From Stylophora pistillata (taxonomy: Eukaryota): 64,000 nucleotides of DNA. The notes under the pieces are model-generated. The model was given only the letters and a program-made list of their open reading frames with translations, did not search any database and was not told the origin of the DNA. This document shows positions 60,267 to 64,000 of the stretch, piece by piece. The position numbers and the translations under genes are program-made. Each line of letters begins with the position of its first letter. Position 1 is the stretch's first letter. The stretch covers positions 25,733 through 89,732 of the forward strand of contig NW_019218629.1 in NCBI RefSeq assembly GCF_002571385.2, written 5' to 3'.

Positions 60267-60972
60267 GGCCCACATCAAACATCGAATTTTCACATGTGCC
60301 GAACTTGACTTCAATTTGAGTCGACTAAAATAGTTAAATACGGCATTTGATTCAAATGTCGAATTTACCTCTGTTTGCGGTCAATATTCCCAGGGACACT
60401 TCTTATTTGCTAGACGAAGACGTCTAAAGAGCGTTTGCTTAATTGCTTTACTGATGCTTTTGTTTTGCTGTTTGTTCTTGCTTCGTCATCTTGGCTTTTC
60501 GTCATGATACTTTGACTTGATTCACGTTCCATCATTTCATTGAAACACGACCCACAATATGCCACAGATTTTCCTACTTTCCACCTCATACAGAAGTAAT
60601 TACCGCACGTCAAACAACTACATTTTGTCTTTGCAAAGCAAGAACTACAAATTCCTTCGTCTCCCACCATTTTCTGTGCTGTTTTGGCTTTTTCGTGCAT
60701 GGTATTCACAGAATTCCTAGCGAGTTGTGGGTAATAAATGGATCATGATAATTTCGTATAATTCATGCTTTAAGTTCGGCACATGTAACATGCGATGTTC
60801 GAATTAAAAGTCGAACCTGAGTCGAATCTTCGACTGTTTCAGTCACAGACACGGCGAAAGTCGCAGTTAATTTAAAACATTCGAATTTAATTGATTCAAA
60901 TGTTGCACTTCACATGCATTTAACCTTCGCATTAAGTTCGGTACATGTGAAATTTGACGTTTGAACTGGGCC
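60267..60972. mobile_element. Non-autonomous PIF/Harbinger-like element with about 40-bp TIRs and TAA target duplication
   Basis: TAA-GGCCCACATCAAACATCGAATTTTCACATGTGCCGAACTT ... AAGTTCGGTACATGTGAAATTTGACGTTTGAACTGGGCC-TAA. Internal Cys-rich ORF at 60410-60709. Confidence 0.75.
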
Positions 60973-62339
60973 TAAGAGGGCTTTTCTGATTCCTTTTGGT
61001 ACATTTAAAGTAGTCCTGGAGGCCAGATTGCACATTTTCCCGCATAATTGAAGCCGTCAAAATATTTCTAAAAACTAGATCACATTTCCGCGTCTGAAAC
61101 TTTAATGAAAGAAGGAAAGAATTTGACTTTAAAACCGGCGTTGCTCTGTTTGCTTTCACATGGTGACCATCATATCCATGCCTACAATACAGCGGTAAAT
61201 CGCTAAAAAAAGGCCCTAATTTAGACCCATTTCACCTTTTTTAGTGGGCTATTTTTCCCGTGAAACCAAGCTGCAGACGTGAGTAAATCAATTACACCTT
61301 TGCATGGTAACAGCACTCGCAACAGCACCTTGCTGTCAGAGATTAGGGCGTGAATGTGACGGAAGATCGCATGAGTGAACTCGCATCGTGATGAGTGGCT
61401 TTGAAAAGCTTCCGGCTTCGGCTCGTGATTTATGAGCTTTCCTCGTGTTGTCCCAACATTAAAATTAGAAAGTGCATGGAGAAAGATAAAAAGGAGAAGA
61501 GTCCATGGGTGAAAGTAAAAAAAGGCACAAAAAGCAAAGAAATTCGACAGAGAATGATGAAAGAAATCTCACAAAAACGAATAAGGCTCGTGTTTTAAGC
61601 AATCTTTGCTGCTCGCACTCGATCAGCAATTATTAGGGTTTACCGCGTCGTGTCTTAGCTGGTTTTCAGTTGATGAATAAAGAGCTGAAATCAAAATTTC
61701 ATTCAGTAAAACTGAACTACAGGGCTTTCAGTAGCTGCCACTACTGACCTGCAAACTAAATAAACCGTGTCTGTATAGATGAAGGTCAACCTGTATTAGG
61801 CGGTCACTCCACCATTCCCCATGGGTGACCGCTTACAGATTCGCCTATACTATAGACTTTGATAAGCCCTGGAAATTGAAAAAGTGAAAAGGTTTCGGTC
61901 ACCATACGCAAATTATCCGATACACAACCAAAACCTACTATCAAACTTGATGATCAGGCATGCGAACGACTCAAAATCCGAGTTTCCGCGCCAAAACCTA
62001 CCACGTGTGGATATGTTATTCAGCTCTGTCACAGGTAACGTAATCTAGATCGCAGAGATAGGAAAAAAACATCGATCCATCTGCACTGGGAAGCCAATTT
62101 TATAATTTAAAGGATAAACAACAAACTGATTAAAGACAAACAACCACCAAGGCATATTTTCATTGTACAATTGTACGTAGGTAGTGTATGATTTAAAGCC
62201 AAACTGCTGATATGTCTGCAAATTGTATGAATAAGCAAATCGTCTAGCATGCGTATGATAGTAGTTTTTGGTCATTTTATGAATGATAGTCTTTCAACGG
62301 TCGTAATTCGACTTTGTAGAAATTTTACAGAATGGTTTG

Positions 62340-62612
62340 GTGTGGGTCTTAGTTTTCGTAATTGCGAAAACTAAGAGGGGTCTTAGTTTTTGAAATTACG
62401 TAAACTAAGACCCGTAAATTTACCGTGACCTAAGACTTGGTGGAAAGGATCGGACAGGAGATAATTTGACAGATTAGACCTGGTTTGGTTACAATTTGAC
62501 TTTATATTTCAATGGATTTGATTTTAGGGGGGGTCTTAGTTTTCGTAATCTCAAAAACTAAGACGGGTCTTAGGTTTTAGTTTTCAATGGTCTTAGTTTT
62601 TTTAAAACACCC
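62340..62612. repeat. MITE-like element built from GGTCTTAGTTTT direct and inverted units
   Basis: Several TCTTAGTTTT...AAAACTAAGA palindromes. Confidence 0.6.
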
Positions 62613-63439
62613 ATTCATGGACCCCTTGTCGGAAGAAACAGAAACATTACTGTTGTTTAAAATGAAGAACAGCGACAATTTCAAGCAAGATCGCCACTCA
62701 ATCCATTATTTACTTCCATAGAGCTTCGATAAAAAGAATAATATGATGTCACAATGGGGAAAGAGGCTGGAAATTATCGTTGGTTCAGTAGTTCTATTTC
62801 GTCATTATTCAGGGTAGGGATCCCATGAGATTGCACAATTCAATCCCAGAAATCAATGCGAATCATTTCCCGCTCTCCGGTGGACGTGTTTCGATCAAGC
62901 TCTGCAATTTTCGACCGAAACTACACGAAATTTTCAAGTTTAAAGGAAAGAAGCAAAGGTAACATCCTTGTCGTTGCGACAAAACTCCACTGGACTTATT
63001 CTTTGCTATTAAACGGTCACAATAAGGTGCAATCAGTCATGACCAAAACACATGCCGGCAACGGGGGCACGAAAGTTGTCGACCAGTTGCTCATCGACAT
63101 CTCCACTGGAGATTCTTCTATTGTGGACGCGCAAACTCCCGCACGGGACAACCTACAAACTACAGACAGCGGAAAATCCCTTTCTCGAAAGAAGTTAACG
63201 TGTGAAACCACCGTAAAAACCACAAACAAATCCATCAGCCAGGTCGGTGGCCAAAGGACAGTCAACTAGTGTTTTGAAAGGCCTGAATGAACTAAAAGAC
63301 CTTCACATACACAGTTGAATTCAAGGCAAAGACACTTTAACGTTTAGACCTTTTCAGTGAACTTAACGTTAAAAAGAAGTGGGAAAAAGTTGCAGAAAAA
63401 TGAGGAGTTCGCAAGTCACGTCATAAAATGAGAAAATAG

Positions 63440-64000
63440 TATAAATAAGACCAAAGCCAAATTTGAATGCAACGAGCAAAAGGAAAATGCTGGAGGTGTG
63501 AAGGAGAAAGCTATTTAACGAAAAAGCAAAGAACAGTGAAAAATATCCCTTCGCATTAGCAAGAGTCATTGCTGAATTTAAATTAAGGAGAGCAAAAGGA
63601 TTCAAAGTAACAAAACTATGGCTAAAGAAAAAAAATTAAATCCAAATTGAAGAATGCCATGGAAAACAAGAAGCCTCTAAGTTTAAAGGAAGTGATAACT
63701 GGTTTCAGAAATTTAATAAATGTGGTATTTTATTCTGGAGAAGAACAAAGAAGAAAAATCATGCAGCTGATGATGGGAGACAAACAATCCAGAAATTTCA
63801 CTGGGACCTAAGGGAGCCTGTTAAGTTAAGAAGAAGACAAGTCAATTCAACTCAGAATGTGAAGTATGGGCAATGAACACCACAAAACTGATACAATATA
63901 GATCAAGTTCCTCTGCCCTTTGTTGTAGATCAGGATAAAACCTATGATGTAACAGGTGACAAGCAGGTTTGGGGTTTCTCAACCCTCTTCTGGTCTTGAC
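63440..64000 (+). pseudogene. pogo/Tigger-like transposase relic (CENP-B HTH and start of DDE domain)
   Basis: FKLRRAKGFKVTKLWL, KFKGSDNWFQKF, RRTK, NIDQVPLPFV. Frameshifted; runs off the window. Confidence 0.7.

Overview
AT-rich animal genomic DNA. The repeat content (hammerhead-bearing short repeats, tRNA-like tandem units, Sola-, Kolobok- and Harbinger-type elements) suggests a cnidarian, probably a stony coral; this is inference only. (1) About 1.7-24.5 kb is a decayed endogenous Polinton/Maverick (adintovirus-type) genome. It encodes rve integrase with chromodomain, major capsid protein, adenain protease, packaging ATPase, parvovirus-type PLA2, three tandem penton paralogs, several small basic QxGG core proteins, a Vsr-containing pPolB with a 68-nt spliceosomal intron, a GRF zinc-finger gene and two sets of orphan paralogs. 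A LINE 3' fragment and a Penelope element have inserted into it. (2) About 24.8-35.4 kb holds a THAP fragment, a 7 x 245-bp tRNA-like tandem array, a telomere-like minisatellite, a Sola3-like relic and a CR1/L2 relic. (3) About 35.7-57.7 kb on the minus strand is a multi-exon SAMD9-like gene, reconstructed here from phase-compatible GT-AG junctions. Its predicted order is: basic N-terminus, ubiquitin-like domain ending in LKGG, 2 x SAM, AlbA_2 nuclease, STAND NTPase, TPR/OB region, and an eIF2A/PYM-like C-terminal coiled coil. The last exon lies beyond an 11-kb intron that contains a second, HNH-type Polinton relic with long inverted repeats. (4) The remainder is MITEs, hammerhead repeats and a pogo/Tigger relic. 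All calls were made by eye; no database search was run.
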